From: a virus
Length of the DNA: 38,398 nt
Reading direction: 5' to 3' (one strand)
Virus record (IMG/VR): IMGVR_UViG_3300028677_000001
The translations under genes were made by a program, and so were the position numbers. The stretch's first letter is position 1; each line of letters opens with the position of its first letter. Shown here in pieces: positions 7,942-15,191 of this stretch. The notes under the pieces are model-generated. The model saw only the letters and a program-made list of their open reading frames with translations. It was not told the DNA's origin and did no database searches.

Positions 7942-8224
7942 GTTGACGATTATTTTGTGAGGCTCATAACACAAGTATCCTGCGATTTTGTTTTTTTAAT
8001 AAATTTATCATTTTTATCATAATATACGGCATAACCGCATGCCGTCAAGCAGGTTTCCTTCCGCGTCGAAGATCAGCGCGTCGGTATCGATAAAATCATC
8101 GCCGCAGACCAGCGCGATGTTGGTATTCAGCTTAGCCTTTAACCTTTTAATCCCGCGCCCCCTTCGCGCGGCCTCCCCTCATCTGCATCTTATTATACTA
8201 CAAACCAAAAACGCAAGGGCGTGA

Positions 8225-8497
8225 TTATTTGCCCCTGCCCGCCTGTTTCGCCCGGGCCGATTGCTCCGGGCCCGCGCATAAAATAATGTCGTCGGATAAT
8301 TCGCGGCTGGAAACGAGCGTCCGCGATTTGAAAAACGCCTCGAGGTTTTCCTTGTGCGCATAGGGCGTGCCGTCAAAATACCACACGGGCATGCCGGCCT
8401 TGATCCACTTCTGGTAAATGAATTCCGAAAAGCCCGTGTATTCCAGGATCGCCTTGAGGCCAGATAGTAATCCGGTATGTTCAGCGGATGGCGCCAT
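8225..8497 (-). CDS. Xis/AlpA/MerR-like (HTH_17-type) small DNA-binding protein
   Basis: LSGLKAILEYTGFSEFIYQKWIKAGMPVWYFDGTPYAHKENLEAFF matches the winged-helix pattern of excisionase/AlpA-type HTH proteins. AAGGAG SD lies inside the terL 3' end, with a 17-nt overlap with terL. Confidence 0.55.
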   Translation of the reverse strand: MAPSAEHTGLLSGLKAILEYTGFSEFIYQKWIKAGMPVWYFDGTPYAHKENLEAFFKSRTLVSSRELSDDIILCAGPEQSARAKQAGRGK

Positions 8498-10454
8498 ACG
8501 CGTCCACTCCTTTTGAGATTATTCTGCGGCCGCCCGCGGGCGCGCCGCCCGGATTCTCGCGCTGTCGGCGCAGCGCCGCCGCCATCATCTGCAGGCTGGG
8601 CAGCCATTCCGGATCGGCGCAGGACGCCGCGATGACTTCGCAATCGAGCAGATGATTCAAATAATAAACTTTTTTCCATTCCCAGCGTCTGCCTTTGCCC
8701 AGGCGGTATTCCTCGGCCAGTAACTGCTTGACGTAATCCAGCCCCACGTTTTTGTGGACATAAAAACGCTGCGTCTCGGCCTTCTGATCATCCACGGCGT
8801 CCTTGCGCCCCAGGCGAAAATGAATGAGCCCCTTAAATTGCGATGTGTCAATAAGCCGCAGTTCCAGACCGCCGGGGATGAGCTTGTTGGTGCTGGGCAA
8901 TGTATCGATGCGCGTGATTTTGATGCGCTTGGCCGCGAGCGCCCGGATATGCGTGGCGCCCTTGATGCCGAAAACCTTTTGCGCCGCGCCCATCGGCTGT
9001 CGCCTCAGCCACTGATAAATTTCCTCGGTACGCGACCAGTCCGCGTCCGCCTCCGCGCCCGCCGCCTCGCCGCCGCCCGTATCAATCGCCGCACGCCATA
9101 TCTTCATCGTGCCGGCTGTGGCATGGATTTGATATTCCGTCTGATAAAGAAGTGTTTCCACATCCGCCCACGTGGTCAGATAGCCGTATTGAATTAAATA
9201 AGAAGTAAGGTCTTCCTCCCAGCCGCGCACGACAAACCAGAAACCATATTTCTGCACGTCAATGCCGGCCGTGAGCGCCACGACATCCGGCGGCACGATA
9301 AGCGCGGGATAGGCCGACTGCCGGCTTAAAACGGCGCTTTCGCTTTTGCGCACCGCCTTTTCAATCCATTCCTCCGCACAGTATTGCGTGACCCACACCT
9401 TGAGCTTTTCCGGATCGTCCTGGCCCTCCAGAAAGGCCGCGACGGAATCGGACATGGAATGCACATACCAGGACTGCAGGCGGAAAGCGACCACGCGCGG
9501 CCGCTCGACCGGTTCTTCGGCGCGCCAGCCGTCATTCATCGCGGCCAGCACGGCCTGGTCGCGCAGGGCGTCATCCCACTGCATGCCGCAGGCGGCGCAG
9601 TTATACCGGGCGAGCTTCTCGCGGCGGACCTTGCGCGGATCGCGCGTGCCGCCCCAGGTGATTTTCTCCCAGATCATTCGCTGATTGTGGCCGCAGTGCG
9701 GGCAATCGACATAATAATATCTTATTTCATCGGCGCGCTTTTTGATAATTTGCGTGATGCGCCCCGTCTCTCCCGTGGGCGTCGAGCCGCCGTAAATCTT
9801 GTAAGTGAACGGAAAAGAGTTTGTCCTTTGCATCGCGGCGTCGAATGTGTCCGGCTCGTCGTTCTGCGGCGGCGGGTATTTATTGATTTCGTCGAGAATC
9901 ACCAACTCCATGGCGTCGGACGATACCGCCGCGGCGGATCCGGCCCACGCGCCCGTGATATCCATACCGTTAATAAAGCTGATGCTCGTCATCGTGGTAT
10001 CGTCCGCGCGCGGGCTCAAAAGCGCGGCCGTGCGCGGCGTCTCTTTGATTGATTTGATGAGGCGGCGCTTGAAAATCCGCTTGGTGAGCTTCTCGTCCGG
10101 CATGACCAGCATGGCCGAGGTGGGCTCGCAATCGATGCGTTTCATCAGATAATTGAGAATCGCCTGCGTCTTGACGGTCTGCGGCGGCGCCTGGACATAA
10201 ACCTCACGCACAAACGGCTCGTCAAGCGCGTCCATAATCCCCGCGGCGCAAGGGCTTAACTCGTTGCGCCAGGGACTGCGCCGGCCGCCGTCCACAACAA
10301 TGCGGTGGCGTTCTGCCCATAGCGCGGTGGATATCCGCTCCGGGATCCGGAAAACTCGCCTTTCACCCTCGGTGAAGGTAAAATGTTTTATTTTCGCCGG
10401 CTTGGCCATAAATCCCTTTTTGTCATTGCGAGGCGGCAAACGCCGCCGTGGCAA
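8481..10454 (-). CDS. terL: Terminase large subunit, lambda GpA family
   Basis: 657 aa with a GpA-type N-terminal ATPase region (VYVQAPPQTVKTQ, ELVILDEINKY) and a CPHCGHNQ...CAACG zinc ribbon. An alternative start at ATG 10409 (MAKPAKIK) would remove the overlap with the upstream ORF. Confidence 0.9.
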   Translation of the reverse strand: MPRRRLPPRNDKKGFMAKPAKIKHFTFTEGERRVFRIPERISTALWAERHRIVVDGGRRSPWRNELSPCAAGIMDALDEPFVREVYVQAPPQTVKTQAILNYLMKRIDCEPTSAMLVMPDEKLTKRIFKRRLIKSIKETPRTAALLSPRADDTTMTSISFINGMDITGAWAGSAAAVSSDAMELVILDEINKYPPPQNDEPDTFDAAMQRTNSFPFTYKIYGGSTPTGETGRITQIIKKRADEIRYYYVDCPHCGHNQRMIWEKITWGGTRDPRKVRREKLARYNCAACGMQWDDALRDQAVLAAMNDGWRAEEPVERPRVVAFRLQSWYVHSMSDSVAAFLEGQDDPEKLKVWVTQYCAEEWIEKAVRKSESAVLSRQSAYPALIVPPDVVALTAGIDVQKYGFWFVVRGWEEDLTSYLIQYGYLTTWADVETLLYQTEYQIHATAGTMKIWRAAIDTGGGEAAGAEADADWSRTEEIYQWLRRQPMGAAQKVFGIKGATHIRALAAKRIKITRIDTLPSTNKLIPGGLELRLIDTSQFKGLIHFRLGRKDAVDDQKAETQRFYVHKNVGLDYVKQLLAEEYRLGKGRRWEWKKVYYLNHLLDCEVIAASCADPEWLPSLQMMAAALRRQRENPGGAPAGGRRIISKGVDAYGAIR

Positions 10455-10614
10455 TCTTTTTTAATGCGTTCCGGGAAACAATTTCCCGCTGTTTATTTTC
10501 AAATTCAACAAGCGCGCTGTTTGCTCGGCTCCGGACGATCACCCGACAGCGCCGGCCATACATCTCTGCCCGCTTCTCGTTGTTTTTCCAGCGGTAAATG
10601 TATGGATACTCCAT
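10423..10614 (-). CDS. Hypothetical 63-aa basic protein
   Basis: ORF immediately upstream of terL. No motif recognised. Confidence 0.4.
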   Translation of the reverse strand: MEYPYIYRWKNNEKRAEMYGRRCRVIVRSRANSALVEFENKQREIVSRNALKKIATAAFAASQ

Positions 10615-10618
10615 AACC

Positions 10619-10843
10619 CTAATACGTCACACTGATATTCAGCGTCGCCGCGGCAAACCAGTAAACCGCGTGCCGGGCGTCGCCCTTGAGGGCGTAAACA
10701 ATCCCCGCACAGACACTCAGCACAATTAAAATCGTCGGAAATATCAGATGGTTTTTTATTTTAATTTTATCCCCATTGCATTGGCTAATTGCTCGATATC
10801 CCCGCTCTCCAACGGCATTTTGGCTCTTTTTATCTCGTCGCAA
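10619..10843 (-). CDS. Small membrane protein (2 predicted TM helices); start uncertain
   Basis: The C-terminal 45 aa (HLIFPTILIVLSVCAGIVYALKGDARHAVYWFAAATLNISVTY) are clearly hydrophobic. The N-terminal part overlaps the 10756..10927 candidate ORF, so the true start is unclear. Confidence 0.4.
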   Translation of the reverse strand: MRRDKKSQNAVGERGYRAISQCNGDKIKIKNHLIFPTILIVLSVCAGIVYALKGDARHAVYWFAAATLNISVTY

Positions 10844-10927
10844 CGCTCTTGCCTGCGAGCTCGCCGTTCCAAAAAAGCCTCTTTCCGGGCTTTTTTCTTG
10901 CTGCCCTGAAACTGCTTATTCTTGGCC
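10756..10927 (-). CDS. Candidate 56-aa basic coiled protein starting at TTG
   Basis: GAGGAGGA overlapping the upstream stop, then 5 nt, then TTG at 10927. This corresponds to the C-terminal part of the 94-aa track ORF, whose N-terminal part overlaps the upstream gene. Confidence 0.3.
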
Positions 10928-10930
10928 AAT

Positions 10931-11689
10931 TTATTCCTCCTCGTTTTCTTCCTGGGCGGCGAGGGCCGCCGCCGTGGTGATCCGCGGCACCGCGAATTCC
11001 TTATCCTCGGCATAACGCGCCAGCCACAGCGCCCCGGCATCCAGCAGATACTGGACCAGATCCGGCGTCTTGCCGGACTTGCCGCCGACCAGCGTGATGA
11101 TCTTCGGCGCGTGGCCGCGGAAAAAGGATTCCATGTCGCTTTTCAGCATCGCGGCGCGCTGGGCCAGGGCGTGCTCAAAATCGCCCCGCGCCACGTATTT
11201 GCCCTCCAGTATCTTCGTTTTAAATTCGACATACGCGGTCTGCGCCCGCGTTTTGTCCATTTCCGCCCGGGCTTTATCCAGGGCGAAGCGCGACTGATCG
11301 TCATCGCTGGTGCCGTCGAGCCGTTTCAGAAAAAGCGCGGCATATTTCAGCACGTCCGTCTCATAATATTTGCCGTCCTTGCGCGGCCGGAGCTTGCCCT
11401 CTTTGTTGTGCTTATACGCCGCCGACTTCTCCAGCCGATACCCGGCATTCTTCAGATATCCCACCACCGCCAGGATATTGGGAAACGTCGCCGACTCTTT
11501 ATTGATTAATTCGACGGCGGTATTTAACGCTTCCTCGGCCGCCTCCATATCCCGCAGGCGACGGCTGGTCGCGCTGGTCATGTAAGCCTTCTGCGCGGCG
11601 ACGTAGCCGTTATACAGAATCAAGAGCCGCTTTTTCTGCTCCTCGGAATCGGTTTTTTTTAATATTTTCTCGATTTCTTTTTTATTCAT
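10931..11689 (-). CDS. Candidate terminase small subunit (Nu1-like C-terminal region) / hypothetical
   Basis: Sits upstream of the GpA-type terL. The segment KTRAQTAYVEFKTKILEGKYVARGDFEHALAQRAAMLKSDMESF resembles the Nu1 region ERHRLTRAQADAQELKNARDSAEVVE... from memory. Acidic C-terminus. Confidence 0.35.
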   Translation of the reverse strand: MNKKEIEKILKKTDSEEQKKRLLILYNGYVAAQKAYMTSATSRRLRDMEAAEEALNTAVELINKESATFPNILAVVGYLKNAGYRLEKSAAYKHNKEGKLRPRKDGKYYETDVLKYAALFLKRLDGTSDDDQSRFALDKARAEMDKTRAQTAYVEFKTKILEGKYVARGDFEHALAQRAAMLKSDMESFFRGHAPKIITLVGGKSGKTPDLVQYLLDAGALWLARYAEDKEFAVPRITTAAALAAQEENEEE

Positions 11690-11770
11690 TCCGGCCCTGT
11701 TTTAATCTCTTCGCCTTCTTCCCCGTGAATTTCTCCCAGCGCTGAACGGTGACATCGCAATTAATAGGAT

Positions 11771-13063
11771 CTAATTCCAGACAATATGCCGTTCTTTGGG
11801 TTTGTTCGCAGGCAACCAAGGTAGAGCCCCCCCCACAAACCCATCATATACAATATCACCGGGGCGCGATGAGTTTTGAATTCCTCGGGCGCACAACAAA
11901 ATGGGTTTCTGTGTTGGGTGATATTCGTTTTTTGCGTTCTTGGGAAATTCCCAAATGTCCATCTCCACGCCCGCGTTCATTTTTATCCACGTTGTTCCAT
12001 CTTCCTCTGTTTTTAATTGGTCCTTATAAACATCGCCAAGATTCCTCGCCCCGGACCAGTAATGCGAGGATCCCGCAAACCAGCCATATAAAATTGGCTC
12101 ATACTGGCGCTGGTAGTTTGATCTACCCAGAGTAAAATGGCTTTTTACCCAGATAATAAACGTCGACCAGTTTCCACCACAATCGACAAACGCCTTTTGG
12201 AGGGTATGTAATTCCGACGATGACATGCAGATATAACAATCTCCCAGCACCCAGGGACGCACGGCATCAATAAAACCATAAAGAAACTGATAAAAATGTT
12301 TGTTATCTTTAAAATTATCGTTTAATATTTTTTGGCCCGCGTTTTTCGCGGATGCTTTATGTGCGCCTTTATATTTCGGGCTGTTTTTAAGCCGTAAAGC
12401 ATCCTTCATGGTTTGCCCATAGTTTACATTATATGGCGGATCGGTAAAAACCATTGTGGCTTTTTTGCCGGCAAATAATTCCGTGACGGTATTTTTTATA
12501 GTACAGTCCCCGCACAAGAGTCGATGCTTGCCCAATTGCCACACATCCCCCATCCTGGTGATTGGTGTTTTTATTGCTTCGGCGGCCGCCGCCACGTCAA
12601 AATCATCTTCCACAATTTCATCCGGTTCGTAGACGCCCAGATCCTTCAGCTCCTGTGGAGCAAATCCGGTTAAATCCATGTCGGCGCCGGACGCGTTAAG
12701 CTCGTCCAGTAAATCCTTCAACGCGGCATCATCCCATGCGCCCGTGATCTTGTTCAGTGCGATGTTCAGCGCTTTTTCTTTTTTATCATCGAGTTTTACC
12801 AGGGAAACGTCCGCCTCTTTAATACCCAGGTCTTTTAATATTTTCAGCCGCTGGTGCCCTCCAATGACCACACCATTGCGCTCGTTTACGATAATCGGGT
12901 CAATGTAGCCGAATTCGGTAATCGATCTCCTGATCTGCTCATATTCCACGTCCCCGGGCTTTAAATCCTTCCGCGGATTATACCGGGCGGGCTTCAAATC
13001 GGAGATTTTCAGCTTTTTAATTGTTAAATTTCCATCGCTTGATTTTTTTCGCGCCATTGACAA
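11771..13063 (-). CDS. ParB-like nuclease domain fused to an N6A/N4C-type DNA methyltransferase; truncated in this frame after a G8 tract
   Basis: N-terminus: LKPARYNPRK...GYIDPIIVNERNGVVIGGHQRL (ParB/Srx fold). MTase motifs FTDPPYNV and YHPTQKP. After DIVYDGFVGG the frame gives nonsense and stops. The -1 frame continues GGGSTLVACEQTQRTAYCLELDP... to a stop at 11682..11684. Confidence 0.85.
   Translation of the reverse strand: MSMARKKSSDGNLTIKKLKISDLKPARYNPRKDLKPGDVEYEQIRRSITEFGYIDPIIVNERNGVVIGGHQRLKILKDLGIKEADVSLVKLDDKKEKALNIALNKITGAWDDAALKDLLDELNASGADMDLTGFAPQELKDLGVYEPDEIVEDDFDVAAAAEAIKTPITRMGDVWQLGKHRLLCGDCTIKNTVTELFAGKKATMVFTDPPYNVNYGQTMKDALRLKNSPKYKGAHKASAKNAGQKILNDNFKDNKHFYQFLYGFIDAVRPWVLGDCYICMSSSELHTLQKAFVDCGGNWSTFIIWVKSHFTLGRSNYQRQYEPILYGWFAGSSHYWSGARNLGDVYKDQLKTEEDGTTWIKMNAGVEMDIWEFPKNAKNEYHPTQKPILLCARGIQNSSRPGDIVYDGFVGGALPWLPANKPKERHIVWN
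11827..11834 (-). repeat. Homopolymer G8 (C8 on the plus strand) at the frameshift point of the ParB-methyltransferase
   Basis: gagCCCCCCCCacaaac on the plus strand. One extra G or a -1 slip restores motif I (FxGxGST). Confidence 0.95.
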
Positions 13064-13115
13064 AACTCCTGTTTTTTATTATCGCAAATCCACGGCGGAT
13101 GGCTGCGCTTCGCGC

Positions 13116-13158
13116 CCTATGTTGCCGCATAGGTTTCCGGATATTGCCGTATCCGGAA
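13116..13158 (-). promoter_or_regulatory. Two adjacent stem-loops with different stems and identical hexaloops (plus strand TTGCCG / minus strand CGGCAA)
   Basis: CCTATG-TTGCCG-CATAGG (13116-13133) and TTCCGGATA-TTGCCG-TATCCGGAA (13135-13158), in the gap between the Zn-ribbon gene and the ParB-methyltransferase start. Confidence 0.6.
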
Positions 13159-13169
13159 TGGCCGTCCGC

Positions 13170-13691
13170 TCATCTTTGGTTTAGTTTCAGCCGCCAGAGC
13201 CGGACGTTTTCCGGGCTCATTTTCATGATTTGCGCGATGTGCCGGTCCGCCAGATCAAACGACAACAACACGGCAAGAAGGAAAATATCGCGGAAAGTCA
13301 TGTGGCAGCCCGATAAAAAAGTGCCAGTCAGCGCCGTGAACATCTTGCGGCACTTTCCACAGCACAAACGGCGGCTTTCCCAAAAAGTGCGCAACAGATT
13401 ATCCGCGACCGGCTCGCCGCAGCGCGGGCATCGCGGCGGATCCGTGCCGTGCAGCTTATTCAAAACCCACATCCGGCAAACGTGCTCCGACAAAAAGTCC
13501 GCATTCAACGCTCCCAGCGCATCCCGCGCCGCAAACACGCGCGGCACAGGAGAAGTCGTTTCTTTTTTTATATGCTCCGGGCAGAGTTGGTCCTCCCGCT
13601 GACTAGGCGGCCTCTGCCCGGAGTCTTGAGGCGCAAAAGCACCCGGTGCGCGTTGGTTATCTAATATTGCAATATTTTTAATGGTTTCCAT
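13170..13691 (-). CDS. Zinc-ribbon plus HTH DNA-binding protein (resembles the N-terminal module of IS1595-type transposases, no catalytic domain)
   Basis: CPRCGEPV...CCGKCRKMFTALTGTFLSGCHMTFRDIFLLAVLLSFDLADRHIAQIMKMSPENVRLW: a 4-Cys ribbon followed by an HTH-like segment. SD CGGAGTGG. Confidence 0.5.
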   Translation of the reverse strand: METIKNIAILDNQRAPGAFAPQDSGQRPPSQREDQLCPEHIKKETTSPVPRVFAARDALGALNADFLSEHVCRMWVLNKLHGTDPPRCPRCGEPVADNLLRTFWESRRLCCGKCRKMFTALTGTFLSGCHMTFRDIFLLAVLLSFDLADRHIAQIMKMSPENVRLWRLKLNQR

Positions 13692-13799
13692 TTTTCCACT
13701 CCGTTTATTTTTTCTAAGTGCGCAAAATCCTCGAGGTGCGAATTACCCTTAAAACAGAAGCCCTCTGGAAGGACCCGTCGATTTTATATGGGTAGTGAT

Positions 13800-14588
13800 T
13801 CATTTTAACCTCGCGGTCCGCAATGCCTCGGCTAGGTTTCTTTTAAATAATTTCATACCCCACTCATTAATAATTTTTCTTGCAACCACATAAAATGGGA
13901 AGCGCTTGCGATAGGCAGGCTTTTTTACAAACATCAGTATGGGTTTTATGGCGCTGCCCATTGCAAAGGTGACGCGTTTATAAATACCGGCGGGCAGGTG
14001 CTGGCGGCCGCCTGCTGTGCCCGGGCCATACGACACGAAATACTCAAAGCCCATCGTGCCCTTGCGTTTACTGCCTTTAGCCAGGGCAGCCTTTCGCTGC
14101 GGTGTGATGTTGGCCCGGTAGCCCTGCTCACCAAACGCCTGGAAGTATGATATTATCTGCACGATCAATGACTGCGGTATATTACCATAAGCATCCAGCT
14201 GACAACCCGCACCGGGCACGACATACATCCCCTTGGGTAATATTCCCTTAGACTGCAAGGCGCGCTCAAAGCGCTTAGTGTTGCGATCGCCGCCCATGAT
14301 TTCCGGATACATATATTTCACTGCCGGCGTGCCCTTGCCGGCAAACTCTTTGAACCCCACAACCGCCTCCAGCCGATTCTTGCGCGCGGCTTTAACATAA
14401 ATGCTCTTTAGTGTGTATGGAGTCGGACGATCCAGCGTTGATTTCATTGCCTCTTTTTCTGCGGATTGAACCATTTGCGCCGTATCGGTCAGGGATTTCG
14501 CGGCCGCATATGGAAGTTGCGCTTTTTCGAAATCGGACATACTGGCAATCAGCTCTTTAATCCCCGTGATTTCCATTTTAATTTCCAT
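13800..14588 (-). CDS. Hypothetical protein, possibly HK97 gp10 / lambda gpZ-like virion morphogenesis protein
   Basis: Start ATG 14588 (AAAGGAG SD). The N-terminus ITGIKELIASMSDFEKAQLPYAAAKSLTDTAQMVQSAEKEAM...DRPTPYT and the basic C-terminus resemble the gp10/gpZ tail-completion architecture. Weak by-eye call. Confidence 0.3.
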   Translation of the reverse strand: MEIKMEITGIKELIASMSDFEKAQLPYAAAKSLTDTAQMVQSAEKEAMKSTLDRPTPYTLKSIYVKAARKNRLEAVVGFKEFAGKGTPAVKYMYPEIMGGDRNTKRFERALQSKGILPKGMYVVPGAGCQLDAYGNIPQSLIVQIISYFQAFGEQGYRANITPQRKAALAKGSKRKGTMGFEYFVSYGPGTAGGRQHLPAGIYKRVTFAMGSAIKPILMFVKKPAYRKRFPFYVVARKIINEWGMKLFKRNLAEALRTARLK

Positions 14589-14913
14589 TATTTTCTCCTT
14601 TATGCGCGTGCGGTGATAGCGGCAGGACATACAGCCCCGCCAAGTGCAGTTCACGTAGATCACGGGCTGCGTCCTGTAATAATCCTTCGGCAATAAAAAC
14701 TTTTTCCCAACGCCCTATCTGAGTAGGAATCAGAGGTGGATCAAAAAACAGCGCTGGGCCATCGTCCCAGCACAGGCGCGCGCCCAGATCGGGATTGATG
14801 CCGAGATATTCCACAAGGCGGAGAACATCCACGCTATCCTCCCAGCGCGAGAAAACAGGGCGTTCATTTTCCTGTATTTTCTCATTCTGATACTTGTTAA
14901 ACTCTATTTTCAT
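14578..14913 (-). CDS. Hypothetical 111-aa protein
   Basis: First ORF downstream of the ori-like gap. It overlaps the next gene's start by 11 nt. No motif recognised. Confidence 0.45.
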   Translation of the reverse strand: MKIEFNKYQNEKIQENERPVFSRWEDSVDVLRLVEYLGINPDLGARLCWDDGPALFFDPPLIPTQIGRWEKVFIAEGLLQDAARDLRELHLAGLYVLPLSPHAHKGENNGN

Positions 14914-14931
14914 CTCAAAATGCCCTTCTCC

Positions 14932-15191
14932 GTCCGCCCTGTCCGCCCTCCGTCCGCCTGCGCGTCCGCCTGATTCCTTAATGATTTCAAGTAATGGCTG
15001 CCCTGTCCGACCACTTTTCTACAAATTCTAAATAGTATTCAGAAAAAACACTGCATGCACATGCTCCGCGCGCGTATATAATTAATAAGCGCCAAATTGG
15101 GCGGACAGGTCGGACAGGGGTATAAAAACCCAATAAAAACAAACAAAAATCCGTCCACCCTAACCCGTTTTTGGGCGGACGGAGGGCGGAC
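14932..15191. repeat. Ori-like iteron field: 4 direct GTCCGCC copies facing 3-4 inverted GGCGGAC copies across an AT-rich core
   Basis: GTCCGCC at 14932, 14941, 14952 and 14964, plus GTCCGAC at 15005. GGCGGAC at 15100, 15174 and 15185, plus GTCGGAC at 15109. AT-rich core at about 15020-15095. Located immediately downstream of the primase-helicase gene. Confidence 0.6.

Noticed and set aside
8020-8178. 53-codon stop-to-stop open frame on the minus strand (…KRLKAKLNTNIALVCGDDFIDTDALIFDAEGNLLDGMRLCRIL), and the 61-aa plus-strand ORF at 8039-8224.
   Set aside because: The minus-strand frame has no ATG/GTG/TTG start before its last 10 codons and no SD. The plus-strand ORF is Ser/Pro-rich with no SD. 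At most this is a decayed gene remnant, so it is not reported as a CDS.
8192-8216. Minus-strand promoter-like TTGCGT ... TATAAT just downstream of the HTH gene.
   Set aside because: The spacer between the -35 and -10 hexamers is only 13 nt and there is no extended -10 TG, so it is unlikely to function as a sigma70 promoter.
10756-11040. 94-aa ORF as given in the track.
   Set aside because: Its N-terminal ~37 codons overlap the 3' end of the 252-aa gene and are Arg/Pro-rich. Only the part from the SD-preceded TTG at 10927 is plausible, and even that carries low confidence.
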